Shown here piece by piece: positions 8,743-18,703 of a stretch of 64,000 bases of DNA (the first letter of the stretch is position 1; each line of letters opens with the position of its first letter). The position numbers and the translations under genes are program-made. This DNA comes from Alphaproteobacteria bacterium. Its GTDB lineage: Bacteria; Pseudomonadota; Alphaproteobacteria; JAAXGF01. The stretch lies in contig CAUVXB020000001.1 of NCBI GenBank assembly GCA_963555825.3, forward strand, positions 2,016,001 to 2,080,000, given 5' to 3'. A model generated the notes under the pieces. That model was not told where the DNA came from. It searched no databases and was given only the letters and a program-made list of their open reading frames with translations.

Positions 8743-10142
8743 GCGCCGCGACGAACGACGCATTGCTGGCCGACCTGAGGCGGATCGTCGGCGCCGTCGG
8801 CGTCAAGGATCCGGCGACCGTGGCCGGGCTCGACCCCGGCCTTCGGGCCGAGAACCTGGCGGCCGGCGTCATCGTCCTGCCAGCGAGCACGGCCGAGGTC
8901 GCCGAGGTCGTCGCCTATTGCGGCCGCCACTCTATCGCCATCGTGCCGCACGGCGGGCGCACCGGAATTTCCGGCGGCGCGGTGTCCCAGCCGGGGCAGA
9001 TCGTCGTGCAGACGACCCGCATGAACCGCATCCTGTCGGTCGATCCCCTCGCCGGCACGGCGGTCGTCGAAGCGGGCGCCATCCTCGAGACGGTCGAGAC
9101 CGAGGTCGCTGGCCACGGGCTCTCCGTCGGGCTCGATCTCGGCGCCCGGGGATCGGCGACGATCGGCGGCATGGTCTCGACCAACGCCGGCGGGCTCGAG
9201 GCGTTTCGCTACGGGGTCATGCGCCACCGGGTCCTGGGCCTCGAAGCGGTGCTGCCCGACGGCCGGGTGCTCGACGATCTCAAGCTGGTAACCAAGGCGA
9301 ACGAGGGTTACGACGTCAAACAACTGTTCATCGGCGCCGAAGGCACGCTGGGCATCGTCACCAAGGTCGCGCTCGACTTGGTGCCGCACGGCGCCGGGCG
9401 CGCGACGGCGCTGGTCAGTTGCCCGAGTGTTTCCGACGCCGTCAAGGCGTTCCGGCGCCTGCGGAACCGCGCCGATGGCGAGCTGCTCGCCGCCGAGATC
9501 ATGTGGTCGGACTATGCCCGCGTCACTGCCGGGCAGTTGGGCGCGGCCGAGGTTTTGGCGTTCGATCCGGAACCGGACGCGGTTTTCGTCCTCTTCGAAG
9601 TGGCCGACAACGAAGGCGGTGGTGGGGCCTTCCTCGAGCGCGCGCTCGGCGCCTGTTTCGAGGCCGGCGAGACGCGAAACGGCGTTATCTCCAAGAACCG
9701 CCGGGAGCGGGACACGATCTGGTCGATCCGCGAAGAGTCGTTCCTGTGTGAACGCGATTACCCCCACGGCTACTGGTTCGACGTTTCGGTGCCGCTCGGC
9801 GAATTGGCCGGCTACGCCGATCGGCTGTTCGCCCAAATCGGCGAAATTCGCCCTGACCTCAAGCTCTTCATGTTCGGCCACCTGGGCGACGGCAATCTCC
9901 ATCTGACGATCACGTCGGGGCGCGAGATGCCCGAACTGGCCGATCCGATATCCGAAGCGGTCTACGCCGATCTGGCCGCGATGGGCGGCTCGTTCTCGGC
10001 CGAGCACGGCATCGGCATCGACAAACGCGAGGAACTCGACCGCTACGCCTCGCCCGGCAAGCTCGCCATGATGCGCGCCATCAAGGCCGCCATCGATCCG
10101 CGGGGCATCATGAACCCCGGCAAGGTCCTGCCGTTGGCATAG
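8739..10142 (+). CDS. FAD-linked oxidase (D-2-hydroxyacid dehydrogenase/GlcD family)
   Basis: 'PHGGRTG', 'ATIGGMVSTNAGG', 'GAEGTLGIVT', 'GHLGDGNLH', 'SAEHGIG', 'MNPGKV'. Confidence 0.9.
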   Translation: MSAATNDALLADLRRIVGAVGVKDPATVAGLDPGLRAENLAAGVIVLPASTAEVAEVVAYCGRHSIAIVPHGGRTGISGGAVSQPGQIVVQTTRMNRILSVDPLAGTAVVEAGAILETVETEVAGHGLSVGLDLGARGSATIGGMVSTNAGGLEAFRYGVMRHRVLGLEAVLPDGRVLDDLKLVTKANEGYDVKQLFIGAEGTLGIVTKVALDLVPHGAGRATALVSCPSVSDAVKAFRRLRNRADGELLAAEIMWSDYARVTAGQLGAAEVLAFDPEPDAVFVLFEVADNEGGGGAFLERALGACFEAGETRNGVISKNRRERDTIWSIREESFLCERDYPHGYWFDVSVPLGELAGYADRLFAQIGEIRPDLKLFMFGHLGDGNLHLTITSGREMPELADPISEAVYADLAAMGGSFSAEHGIGIDKREELDRYASPGKLAMMRAIKAAIDPRGIMNPGKVLPLA

Positions 10143-10224
10143 GAGACTCTCCGCGCCGGCCGCTGTTGGCGTCGCCTCTCGGCGGACTGGGAACGCCCGG
10201 TCGAAGCCGTTTCGCCCCGGCGCA

Positions 10225-10746
10225 TTACCAATACAGCGTCCACGGCTTGTCGCGATCCTCTCTTGGGTCGCCTAGCTCGCTGCTGGAAAGCACGCATTCG
10301 GCTGTTCGATGATTGCGGCGCAACGTCTCGGCAAGCGCCACGCATTCGGAAAACGACGCGATACAGGCGTGCTGATCATCCGGCGTTGGGAACAGGAGGT
10401 CCGCCCAAAATACCAGCTCTACATCGAAAGTTTCGCGCGAAGGATCGGTCCAAAGCCAAAAATTCAAAAACTCACATGGAGGCCAATCGCCCTTAAGCAC
10501 GTGATGCGTCGCGTTCACGGACGAGGCGATCAAAACTTCTCGCATTTCCGATGTGACGGCGACACCTTCATCCCATTCACGATCCAACGCAATCACCACG
10601 GGATTTGAGACCGCCGCGCAGAAATCGTCGATGGCGTTTCCCAATTCGCTCAGTGGCAGGCCGAAAACATAGATCTGGGAGGCCATCCCATCGTAGGGAA
10701 GCAGCAAATCCTTGGCCTTGGTCCACAACGCGGAACTCGCCTTCAT
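10225..10746 (-). CDS. Hypothetical protein (more AT-rich codon usage than neighbours)
   Basis: 173-aa ORF between two convergent genes; no motif recognised. Confidence 0.55.
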   Translation of the reverse strand: MKASSALWTKAKDLLLPYDGMASQIYVFGLPLSELGNAIDDFCAAVSNPVVIALDREWDEGVAVTSEMREVLIASSVNATHHVLKGDWPPCEFLNFWLWTDPSRETFDVELVFWADLLFPTPDDQHACIASFSECVALAETLRRNHRTAECVLSSSELGDPREDRDKPWTLYW

Positions 10747-10891
10747 GGCCTCGTACCCGCCGCCCGTTTCGGGGTTCTTGTCTTCGGCTTGGTCGTTGCA
10801 ATCGGGCTATCAGTGCGGCGCCAAACTCAAACCATCACGACGACGTCGGCGCTACAATACTCGTACGCAGTTACACAACCGCTTCGCGCCC

Positions 10892-11629
10892 TCAGAACAC
10901 GTGCTGGCCGCCGGTGACCATGATTTCGGTGCCGGTGACATAGGCCGCGTCCTCGGAGCACAGGTAATAGATCGCACCGGCGACGTCGGCCGGCTCGCCC
11001 AGACGGTGCAGCGGGATGCGCGGGATCATCACTTCGGTCTCGGGCGACAGCATGGCGGTCTCGATCTCGCCCGGCGCGACCGCGTTGACGCGCACGCCGA
11101 GATGGGCGAACTCGGCGGCCATTTCGCGGGTCAGCGCCGAGAGCGCCGCCTTCGATGTCGAGTAGGCGCTGCCGGCGAAGGGATGAACACGGTGGCCGGC
11201 GATCGAGGTGATGTTGACGATCGCGCCCTTGCCGCGATGCAGCGCCGCGGCGAAGCCACGCGCCAGCACCAGCGGCGCGAAGAAGTTGAGCTCGAACACC
11301 TCGCGCCAGTCGTCGAGGCGGCCGTTGAGGCAGCCGAGCCGCTCCTTGAAATCGGTCTTGGGCGAGAGGCCGGCGTTGTTGACCAGCCCGTGCAACGGCG
11401 CCTCGCCGAGCATCGCGCCCGCCTCGTCGACGAAGGATTCGACGCTCGCGGCATCGGCCAGATCGGCGACGATATGGCGGTGCCGCGCGTCGCCGACCAT
11501 GCATTGCGCCGGCACGTCCTCGCGCGAACACGTAATCACGCGCCAGCCAGCGTCGATGAAGCGCTTGGCGGTGGCGTGGCCAATGCCCCGGCTGGCGCCC
11601 GTCAGGATGACGATCTTGGAGTCGTCCAT
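10892..11629 (-). CDS. Short-chain dehydrogenase/reductase
   Basis: 'TGASRGIG', 'NNAG', 'YSTSK', 'NAVAPG'. Confidence 0.92.
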   Translation of the reverse strand: MDDSKIVILTGASRGIGHATAKRFIDAGWRVITCSREDVPAQCMVGDARHRHIVADLADAASVESFVDEAGAMLGEAPLHGLVNNAGLSPKTDFKERLGCLNGRLDDWREVFELNFFAPLVLARGFAAALHRGKGAIVNITSIAGHRVHPFAGSAYSTSKAALSALTREMAAEFAHLGVRVNAVAPGEIETAMLSPETEVMIPRIPLHRLGEPADVAGAIYYLCSEDAAYVTGTEIMVTGGQHVF

Positions 11630-11648
11630 GGGAATTCTCGGCGGTCGC

Positions 11649-13460
11649 TCAGCTCGCCGCGACCTTGCGGCCGAGCAGCGCGTCGTGGTCGATTTCGTCG
11701 ATCTGCTCGGGCAGCAGGAAGCGGTCGGCGTATTGGCGGTAGACCTCGGCATCGACGAACAGCTCGAACAGCTCGTGGTCGATGTGGTTCTCCGCGCACA
11801 TGCGCGCCATGATGCCCATCAACGCGCTCAGCGCCTTGGCCTTCTTGTAAGGGCGGTCGGCGGCGGTCAATGCCTCGAAGATGTCGGCGATCGCCATCAT
11901 GCGCGCCGGGATTGACATCTGCTCACGGGTCAGGCCGCGCGGATAACCGGTGCCGTCCATTTTCTCGTGATGGCCACCGGCGTATTCGGGCACGCGCGTC
12001 AGGCCCTTGGGGAACGGTAGCTTCTCGAGCATCGAGATGGTGACCACAATGTGGTCGTTGATGATCTTGCGTTCCTCCGCGGTAAGGGTGCCGCGGCCGA
12101 TGCACAAGTTGTCGACCTCGTTGTCGTCGAGGAAATCGCGCTCGACGCCGTCGACGCCAAGCCAGCGCAGCTTGGCGATGCGCTTGACCCGGTCTTTCTT
12201 GTCGTCGTCCATGAACTCGCCGCCCACGTTGGCGGTTTCCAGAAACTCACGATCGTCCTCGATCCGGGCGATCTCGGCGCGGTACTCGGCCTCCCGCGCC
12301 TCACGGTCGGCGCCGTTCTCGGCGATGTCCCTGAGGCAGGCGATCTCGGCGTCGCGTTTGAGAATCTCGAAGCGTGTCCTGACCGTCTCAATGCGGTCGT
12401 AGATGGTCTCCAGCTTGGTCGCCTTGTCGACGACGTACTCGGGCGTCGTCACCTTGCCGCAGTCGTGCATCCACCCGGCGATGTGCAGCTCATACTTCTC
12501 GTCTTCGTCGAGGTGGAAGCCCTTGAACGGCCCGTCCGTCTGGACACAGGCCGCTTCGGCGAGCATCTCGGTGAGCACCGGCACGCGCTCGCAGTGGCCG
12601 CCGGTGTAGGGCGACTTTTCATCGATCGCCGAGGCGATCAACTGGATGAACGAGTCGAGCAATACCCGCTGGCCGTCGATCAGCATCTGATTGTCGAGCG
12701 ATACCGCCGCCTGCGACGCGAGCGCTTCGATGAGCTGCTGGTACTCGGGTTCGAACGGGCAGATCTCGCCGGTCTCTTCGTCGTGAGCGTTGATCAGTTG
12801 CAGTACACCGATCACCTCGTCGGCCCGGTTCTTCATCGGGATGGTCAGGAACGAGGTCGAGCGGTAGTCGTTCGCCGCGTCGAACGCCTTGGCGCCCGAG
12901 AAATCGAACTCCTCGTTCGCGTAGGCGTCGGGAATGTTGACCGTCTCGCCGCTCAACGCGGCCAGGCCGGCAACGTTCCTGATGTTGTTTTCGCCGGTCT
13001 CGCGGTCGTGCAGAACAAGCGGCGGGAATGGGATTTCCTGGCCAGTCGTGCCGCCCATGGCGATGCCGAGGGAATCATTGCGCACGATGGCGAACGTGAG
13101 ACGTCCAGTCGGTGCGCGCCGGTCGGTCCGATCGCGCCGGTCGGTCCGATCGCGCCGGTCGCCCGAGGCGGGCGCCGCGTCTGGCCCATCGCGCGCGGCG
13201 TCACGCCGCAAGTGAGTGTCCCGACGGTTGCCGCCGCTGCGCCGGTCGATGCGCTGCCCGTCGACATGCTGGGGTTTGTCTGCGCTGTCTTCGTAGAGGT
13301 AGATCGTGCCCCCGTCGGCGTTGGCGATCCGTTTCGCCTCGACCAGAATCGTTTCGAGAAGCCGATCGACGTTCTTCTCCGCCGAGAGCGCGATGCCGAT
13401 CTCGGTGAGACGCTTGAACTGTTGCTCGCGGTCGAGCGGTCTTCGATTCCGATTGGTCAT
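11649..13460 (-). CDS. GAF + HD-GYP domain phosphodiesterase (cyclic dinucleotide signalling)
   Basis: GAF 'NIPDAY...F...FD..DYRSTSFLTIPM'; 'HDCGK'; 'HHEKMDGTGYPRGL'; 'ADIFEALTAADRPYK'. Confidence 0.92.
   Translation of the reverse strand: MTNRNRRPLDREQQFKRLTEIGIALSAEKNVDRLLETILVEAKRIANADGGTIYLYEDSADKPQHVDGQRIDRRSGGNRRDTHLRRDAARDGPDAAPASGDRRDRTDRRDRTDRRAPTGRLTFAIVRNDSLGIAMGGTTGQEIPFPPLVLHDRETGENNIRNVAGLAALSGETVNIPDAYANEEFDFSGAKAFDAANDYRSTSFLTIPMKNRADEVIGVLQLINAHDEETGEICPFEPEYQQLIEALASQAAVSLDNQMLIDGQRVLLDSFIQLIASAIDEKSPYTGGHCERVPVLTEMLAEAACVQTDGPFKGFHLDEDEKYELHIAGWMHDCGKVTTPEYVVDKATKLETIYDRIETVRTRFEILKRDAEIACLRDIAENGADREAREAEYRAEIARIEDDREFLETANVGGEFMDDDKKDRVKRIAKLRWLGVDGVERDFLDDNEVDNLCIGRGTLTAEERKIINDHIVVTISMLEKLPFPKGLTRVPEYAGGHHEKMDGTGYPRGLTREQMSIPARMMAIADIFEALTAADRPYKKAKALSALMGIMARMCAENHIDHELFELFVDAEVYRQYADRFLLPEQIDEIDHDALLGRKVAAS
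13115..13161. repeat. 18-bp coding tandem repeat (CGCGCCGGTCGGTCCGAT x ~2.6) encoding DRRDRT units
   Basis: Read directly at 13115-13132, 13133-13150 and partially 13151-13161. Confidence 0.9.
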
Positions 13461-13521
13461 GTCATGTCCACCGTCGGTCGCCCCGGGACCACCCGCGGAC
13501 CGGCCGCCGGTCCCTGGCGTG

Positions 13522-14388
13522 TCAATTCATCATCACGACCGGAATGTCGGCCTCACCGAACATGTACTCGGTCGCGCTGCCGAAGATCATCCGCCGCAGG
13601 CGCGTGTGGGTGTACGCGCCCATGATCAGAAGACCGGCCTCGATCGCCATCGCCTCGGTCAGAATCGCCTCGCCGGTCAAACGATAGTCGGCCATCAGCG
13701 CATCGGTCGACGCCGCGACGCCGTGCCACGCCAGATACTCGACCAGGTCGTCGGCCGACGGGCCTGGCCTGACGCCCTCCTCGACCGAGATCACCGCAAC
13801 CTGTTCGGCGTTGACCAGAAACGGCATCGCGTGGCCGACGGCGCGCGCCGCCTCGGCACTGCCGTTCCAACCGATCGCCACGCCGGTCATCGGCTTGGCG
13901 ATTCCATTGGGCGGCGCCACGAACACCGGTCGGCCGCTCTCGAGGACAGCCGCCTCAAGCGTCGTACGCACCGGTGCCTCGGCACTCTTGTCGGCGCGCG
14001 TCACGACGATCAGGTCGGCGACACGGCCGCGCGTCGCCAACAGGTCTTCCTCGCGTCCGACCTCGATACGCAAATAAGCGGTGCTCCCATTGTCCTCGCC
14101 GCGTGCGTCAGTCCGTTCGAAATTGGCGCCCTCGCAGGCCGCCGCGAAGTCTTTTTCGGCGCGCTGCGCCAGCGTCTCGCTTTCCTGTTCGGCGGTGGTG
14201 ATGAGTTCCTCGATCATGGCGCCGGTCATGCCCTCGCCAATATAGGCGAGCGTCTCACGCGCGTTGCGACGCGCGTGCAACGCCTCGACATGGGCCCCAA
14301 GATACCGCCCGACCTCGAACGCGGCGTCGAGGCCCGGCAGTCCGGCGTCGGTCCCCGTGACAGGAACCAGTATTTGTCTGATATCCAT
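13522..14388 (-). CDS. Universal stress protein (tandem USP domains)
   Basis: 'ILVPVTG', 'SGRPV', 'IGWNGSAEAARAV', 'MGAYTHTRLR..FGSAT'. Confidence 0.9.
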   Translation of the reverse strand: MDIRQILVPVTGTDAGLPGLDAAFEVGRYLGAHVEALHARRNARETLAYIGEGMTGAMIEELITTAEQESETLAQRAEKDFAAACEGANFERTDARGEDNGSTAYLRIEVGREEDLLATRGRVADLIVVTRADKSAEAPVRTTLEAAVLESGRPVFVAPPNGIAKPMTGVAIGWNGSAEAARAVGHAMPFLVNAEQVAVISVEEGVRPGPSADDLVEYLAWHGVAASTDALMADYRLTGEAILTEAMAIEAGLLIMGAYTHTRLRRMIFGSATEYMFGEADIPVVMMN

Positions 14389-14459
14389 GTCGATCCGCCG
14401 TCTGTCTCGATCAGTACCCGCCAATTTTGGCAGGCTTGTACGAACCTGGCCAGGAATGA

Positions 14460-15425
14460 TTAGCGAAACCGCCGAAGCGGTTCCTCGACGCCCTCCGGAT
14501 CCTGATGAATAAAGACCTCCGCGGCCGGATACGCCTGCTTGATCCGTGCTTCGACCTCATCGGCGATTTCATGCGCCTCGAGCAACCTCATGTCGCCATC
14601 GAGCTCGAGATGCAACTGAATGAACGGCTGCAGGCCCGCGCGGCGTGTCCTCAGGTCGTGCATGCCCTTGACCTTGGGATGGTGCATCACGATGTCGCGA
14701 ATGCGCGCCCGCTCGTCGTCGGGAAACTCGCGGTCCATCAGGAGGTCGAGCGAACGCAGCGCGATTTTCCAGGCGCCGTACAGCAGGTAAAGGCCGATCG
14801 CGATGCCGAACAACGGATCGGCGATATGCCAGCCGAGCCACGCCGATAGCCCGAGCGAGACGATGACGCTCAAATTTACGAACACGTCGGTCTTGTAGTG
14901 CAGCGCGTCGGCGCCGATCGCGGTCGAATCGGTCTTGCGAACGACGTAAAACTGGAAGACGACCAGCGCACCGGTGATGATGGTGGCGAAGACCATCACG
15001 CCGATGCCGACGTCGACATGCGTGACCGCCCGCGGCGACACAAGTCGGCTGAACGCCTCGATCAGCAGCAGCACACCCGACACCGAAATGAACGCCACCT
15101 GTCCAAGACCGGCCAGCGGCTCGGCCTTGCCGTGGCCGAAACGGTGTTCGCGATCGGCCGGCTGCAGCGCGTGATAGACGGCGAACATGTTGACCAGCGA
15201 AGCCAGCACGTCGAGCAACGAGTCGACGAGCGACGAGAGCACGCTGATCGAATCGGTCATCAGCCACGCCACGAGCTTGACGCCGATCAATACCGCCGCC
15301 ACCGACACCGACGCGACGGTGGCGAGCTTCATCAGCCGGCCAGCCTCGTCGGGCGCGAGCGTCGCCTGGCCCGGACCGGCCTCGCTTGCCTCGGACGAGA
15401 ACAGCTGGCGCAGTGCGCGTATCAT
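14460..15425 (-). CDS. fieF: Cation diffusion facilitator, FieF/YiiP-like
   Basis: 'SLVDSLLD', 'PADREHRFGHGKAE', 'ADALHYKTD', 'HDLRTR', 'FIHQDP'. Confidence 0.85.
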   Translation of the reverse strand: MIRALRQLFSSEASEAGPGQATLAPDEAGRLMKLATVASVSVAAVLIGVKLVAWLMTDSISVLSSLVDSLLDVLASLVNMFAVYHALQPADREHRFGHGKAEPLAGLGQVAFISVSGVLLLIEAFSRLVSPRAVTHVDVGIGVMVFATIITGALVVFQFYVVRKTDSTAIGADALHYKTDVFVNLSVIVSLGLSAWLGWHIADPLFGIAIGLYLLYGAWKIALRSLDLLMDREFPDDERARIRDIVMHHPKVKGMHDLRTRRAGLQPFIQLHLELDGDMRLLEAHEIADEVEARIKQAYPAAEVFIHQDPEGVEEPLRRFR

Positions 15426-15432
15426 GCCTCGC

Positions 15433-16023
15433 CTACGGAAATTGACGTTCGGTCCGCCATCCATCGCCCTCGCGAATGAAGATCAATCGGTCGTGCAAGC
15501 GGAACACGCCCTCGTGCCAGAACTCGATGCGTTCGGGTGCGACGCGGAAGCCCGACCAATGGGGCGGCCGGGGCACCTCGCCGATGGCGAACTTGAGTGC
15601 GAACCGGGCGACCCTCTTCTCGAGATCGAAGCGGCCTGCCAACGGCCGCGACTGGTCGGATGCCCAGGCGCCGATCTGCGCCTGACGCGGCCGCGTCGCG
15701 AAATAGGCGTCCGATTCCGCATCGCTGACCCCCGTGACCGCGCCCTCGACGCGCACCTGGCGGTCGAGCGGTGGCCAATAGAAGCACAGCGCGGCGTGAC
15801 CGTTCGTCTCGAGCTGGCCGCCCTTGCGGCTTTCATTGTTAGTGTAGAAGACGAAACCCGCCGCGTCGAAGCCCTTCAGCAGCACCATACGCGCCGACGG
15901 CCGACCCCGCTCGTCGGCGGTCGCCAGTGTCACGGCGGTTGGGTTCTTGAGACCGCAATTCAACGCCTCGTCATACCATTTGCCGAACAGGGCGATCGGA
16001 TCGTCTGTATCGGGGATGCTCAT
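15433..16023 (-). CDS. pdxH: Pyridoxamine 5'-phosphate oxidase
   Basis: '[10 protein letters not shown]', 'YTN.ESRKG', 'RQVRVEG', 'RPPHWSGFR', 'EFW....RLHDR'. Confidence 0.96.
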   Translation of the reverse strand: MSIPDTDDPIALFGKWYDEALNCGLKNPTAVTLATADERGRPSARMVLLKGFDAAGFVFYTNNESRKGGQLETNGHAALCFYWPPLDRQVRVEGAVTGVSDAESDAYFATRPRQAQIGAWASDQSRPLAGRFDLEKRVARFALKFAIGEVPRPPHWSGFRVAPERIEFWHEGVFRLHDRLIFIREGDGWRTERQFP

Positions 16024-16212
16024 ATCTTCACAGAAAATAGGGCCAAATTTGTTCGTCGTCCACGCCGCTACCGAGGAGCGCCGGATCACGGCGCGCGAAT
16101 GATCGGCGACCCGGCCCGCCGCGTCAACCTGGGAGCCTAGCCGTTCGATGCCCCTGTAAATCGGCCTCGGGAACGATTATATTGTCAGGAGATCACTGGA
16201 GGCGAATGAATC

Positions 16213-16686
16213 ATGACCATTACACGTTTCACCGTCGTCTTCGCGGCGACGCTTTCGCTCGCGGCTTGCGTGTCCGACCAAGGTGACAAGCAGACGCTTG
16301 GCACGTTGATCGGCGCCGGTCTCGGCGGTCTGGCCGGCAGCCAGATCGGCTCGGGCACGGGCCAACTCGCCGCCATCGGCGCCGGCGTTCTTTTGGGTGG
16401 GCTGCTCGGCAACGAGGTCGGCAAGTCGCTCGACAAGGCCGATATCGCCTATGCCGAACGCAACGCGCAGGAGACGCTCGAGTATCAACCGACCGGCGCG
16501 ACCTCGTCCTGGGTCAACCCGGACAGCGGCAATTCGGGCAGCATCACCCCCACCGCTACCTACCAGAGCACCGGCGGCGAGTATTGCCGCGAGTACCAGC
16601 AGACGGTCACGGTCGGCGGCGAGCAGCAGGCGGCCTACGGCACCGCCTGCCGTCAGCCCGACGGCAGCTGGAAGCTGGTCAACTAA
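16213..16686 (+). CDS. Glycine-zipper lipoprotein, Rickettsia 17-kDa antigen (RT0821/Lpp0805) type
   Basis: Lipobox 'LAAC', glycine zipper, 'W.NPDSG.SG', 'CREYQQ', 'GTACRQPDGSW'. Confidence 0.88.
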   Translation: MTITRFTVVFAATLSLAACVSDQGDKQTLGTLIGAGLGGLAGSQIGSGTGQLAAIGAGVLLGGLLGNEVGKSLDKADIAYAERNAQETLEYQPTGATSSWVNPDSGNSGSITPTATYQSTGGEYCREYQQTVTVGGEQQAAYGTACRQPDGSWKLVN

Positions 16687-16776
16687 GCACTTGTCCGCGG
16701 CGGGGAGTGTTTCGCCCGTCAAATCAATCGTGTACGATGGCGGCTGTCGAAATCGGGGTACCAACACGAGGATAGT

Positions 16777-17589
16777 ATGAGTGCTTCCAGCCCCCTGATG
16801 GCCGGGAAGAAAGGCCTCATCATGGGCGTTGCCAACGATCGATCGATCGCATGGGGCATCGCCCGTACCGTGGCGAAGCACGGCGCCGAACTCGCCTTCA
16901 CCTATCAGGGCGATGCGCTGGGCAAGCGCGTGCGCCCCTTGGCCGAAAGCGTGCGCTCGGAGATCGTCGTGCCCTGCGACGTCACCGACGACGCGAGCAT
17001 CGACGCCACCTTCAAAACGCTCGAGGCGCGGTGGGGCCGGCTCGATTTCATGGTTCACGCCATCGCCTATTCGGACAAGGACGAACTCAAAGGCCACTAC
17101 ATCGACACCAGCGCCGAGAACTTCGCGACGACGATGAATATCTCGTGTTACTCGTTCACCGCCGTCTGCCAGCGCGCCGTGCCATTGATGGACCAGGGCG
17201 GCAGCCTGCTGACGCTGACCTACGCCGGCGCCGAGCGGGTCATGCCGCACTACAACGTCATGGGCGTCGCCAAGGCCGCGCTCGAGGCGAGCGTGCGTTA
17301 CCTCGCGGTCGATCTGGGCGGCCAGGGCATCCGAGTCAACGCCATCTCGGCGGGACCGATCAAGACGCTGGCGGCATCCGGTATCGGTGATTTTCGATAC
17401 ATCTTAAAGTGGAACGAGTACAATTCTCCTCTCAAGCGCAATGTCCGCATCGACGAGGTCGGCGGCGCGGCGCTCTACTTGTTGAGCGACCTCGGCACCG
17501 GCACCACCGGAGACATCCATCACGTCGATTGCGGCTACCATGTGGTCGGCATGAAGTCGATCGACGCACCCGACATTTCGGTCGTATAG
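16777..17589 (+). CDS. fabI: Enoyl-ACP reductase
   Basis: '[16 protein letters not shown]', '[12 protein letters not shown]', '[13 protein letters not shown]'. Confidence 0.97.
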   Translation: MSASSPLMAGKKGLIMGVANDRSIAWGIARTVAKHGAELAFTYQGDALGKRVRPLAESVRSEIVVPCDVTDDASIDATFKTLEARWGRLDFMVHAIAYSDKDELKGHYIDTSAENFATTMNISCYSFTAVCQRAVPLMDQGGSLLTLTYAGAERVMPHYNVMGVAKAALEASVRYLAVDLGGQGIRVNAISAGPIKTLAASGIGDFRYILKWNEYNSPLKRNVRIDEVGGAALYLLSDLGTGTTGDIHHVDCGYHVVGMKSIDAPDISVV

Positions 17590-17617
17590 GGAACCGCCCC
17601 GGGGGCGGCGAAAATTC

Positions 17618-18703
17618 ATGCCCGGCAACAGCTTCGGACATACATTCCGTTTCACCACCTGGGGCGAGAGCCATGGGCCAGAGATAGGCTGCGTGGTCGA
17701 CGGCGTGCCACCGCGAATCACGCTGAGCGAGGCCGACATCCAGCCATGGCTCGACAAGCGCCGTCCGGGCCAATCGCGCTTCACCACCCAGCGCCGCGAG
17801 CCCGATGAGGTGAAGATCGTTTCCGGCGTCTTCGAGGGCGTCACGACCGGCACGCCGATCGCCATGATCATCGCCAACCAGGATGCCCGCTCGAAGGATT
17901 ACGACGAGATCAAAGACAGCTTCCGCCCGGGTCATGCCGACTACACGTATAAAGAGAAATACGGTGTGCGCGATCATCGCGGCAGCGGCCGGGCGAGCGC
18001 GCGCGAAACAGCCCTCCGCGTCGCCGCCGGCGCGATCGCACGCAAGATTCTGGGAGATGGTGTATCGGTGCGCGGCGCGGTCGTGCAGATCGGCCCGCAC
18101 GCCATCGACCGGGCGCGCTGGGACTGGGACGAGGTCGACCGCAACCCCTGCTTCGCGCCCGACCCCGGCATCGTCGCCACCTGGGAGGCGTTCCTCGACG
18201 GCGAACGCAAGCGCGGCTCGTCGGCCGGCGCGGTCATCGAAGTCATCGCCTCGGGCGTCCCCGTCGGGCTCGGCGAACCCGTCTACGACAAGGTCGACGC
18301 CGATATCGCCAAGGGGCTGATGAGCATCAACGCGGTCAAGGGCGTCGAGATCGGCGCCGGCTTCGCCGCCGCCGCGACGCCGGGCGAGCACGCCTCGGAC
18401 GAGATGCGCATGGACGGCGACGTGGCCACCTTTCTCTCAAACAAAAACGGCGGGGTGCTGGGCGGCATCACCTCGGGCCAGGACGTCGTCGCCCGCTTCG
18501 TCGTCAAGCCGACCAGTTCGATCCTAATGCCCAAGCAGACCGTCGACACGGCGGGCGCCGACGTCGACGTCTCGGTCAAGGGCCGTCACGACCCCTGCGT
18601 CGGTATCCGCGCTGTGCCGATCGGTGAGGCGATGGTCGCCTGCGTGCTGGCCGACCACCTGCTGCGCCACCGCGCCCAGGTCGGCCCGCTCGACGACGGC
18701 TAA
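17618..18703 (+). CDS. aroC: Chorismate synthase
   Basis: 'TTWGESHG', 'RPGHAD', 'RASARET', 'GRHDPCV'. Confidence 0.97.
   Translation: MPGNSFGHTFRFTTWGESHGPEIGCVVDGVPPRITLSEADIQPWLDKRRPGQSRFTTQRREPDEVKIVSGVFEGVTTGTPIAMIIANQDARSKDYDEIKDSFRPGHADYTYKEKYGVRDHRGSGRASARETALRVAAGAIARKILGDGVSVRGAVVQIGPHAIDRARWDWDEVDRNPCFAPDPGIVATWEAFLDGERKRGSSAGAVIEVIASGVPVGLGEPVYDKVDADIAKGLMSINAVKGVEIGAGFAAAATPGEHASDEMRMDGDVATFLSNKNGGVLGGITSGQDVVARFVVKPTSSILMPKQTVDTAGADVDVSVKGRHDPCVGIRAVPIGEAMVACVLADHLLRHRAQVGPLDDG

Noticed and set aside
13115-13161. Short direct repeats as a possible CRISPR array
   Set aside because: Contiguous 18-bp units with no spacers, inside a CDS; no cas genes; no CRISPR array seen anywhere in the window.
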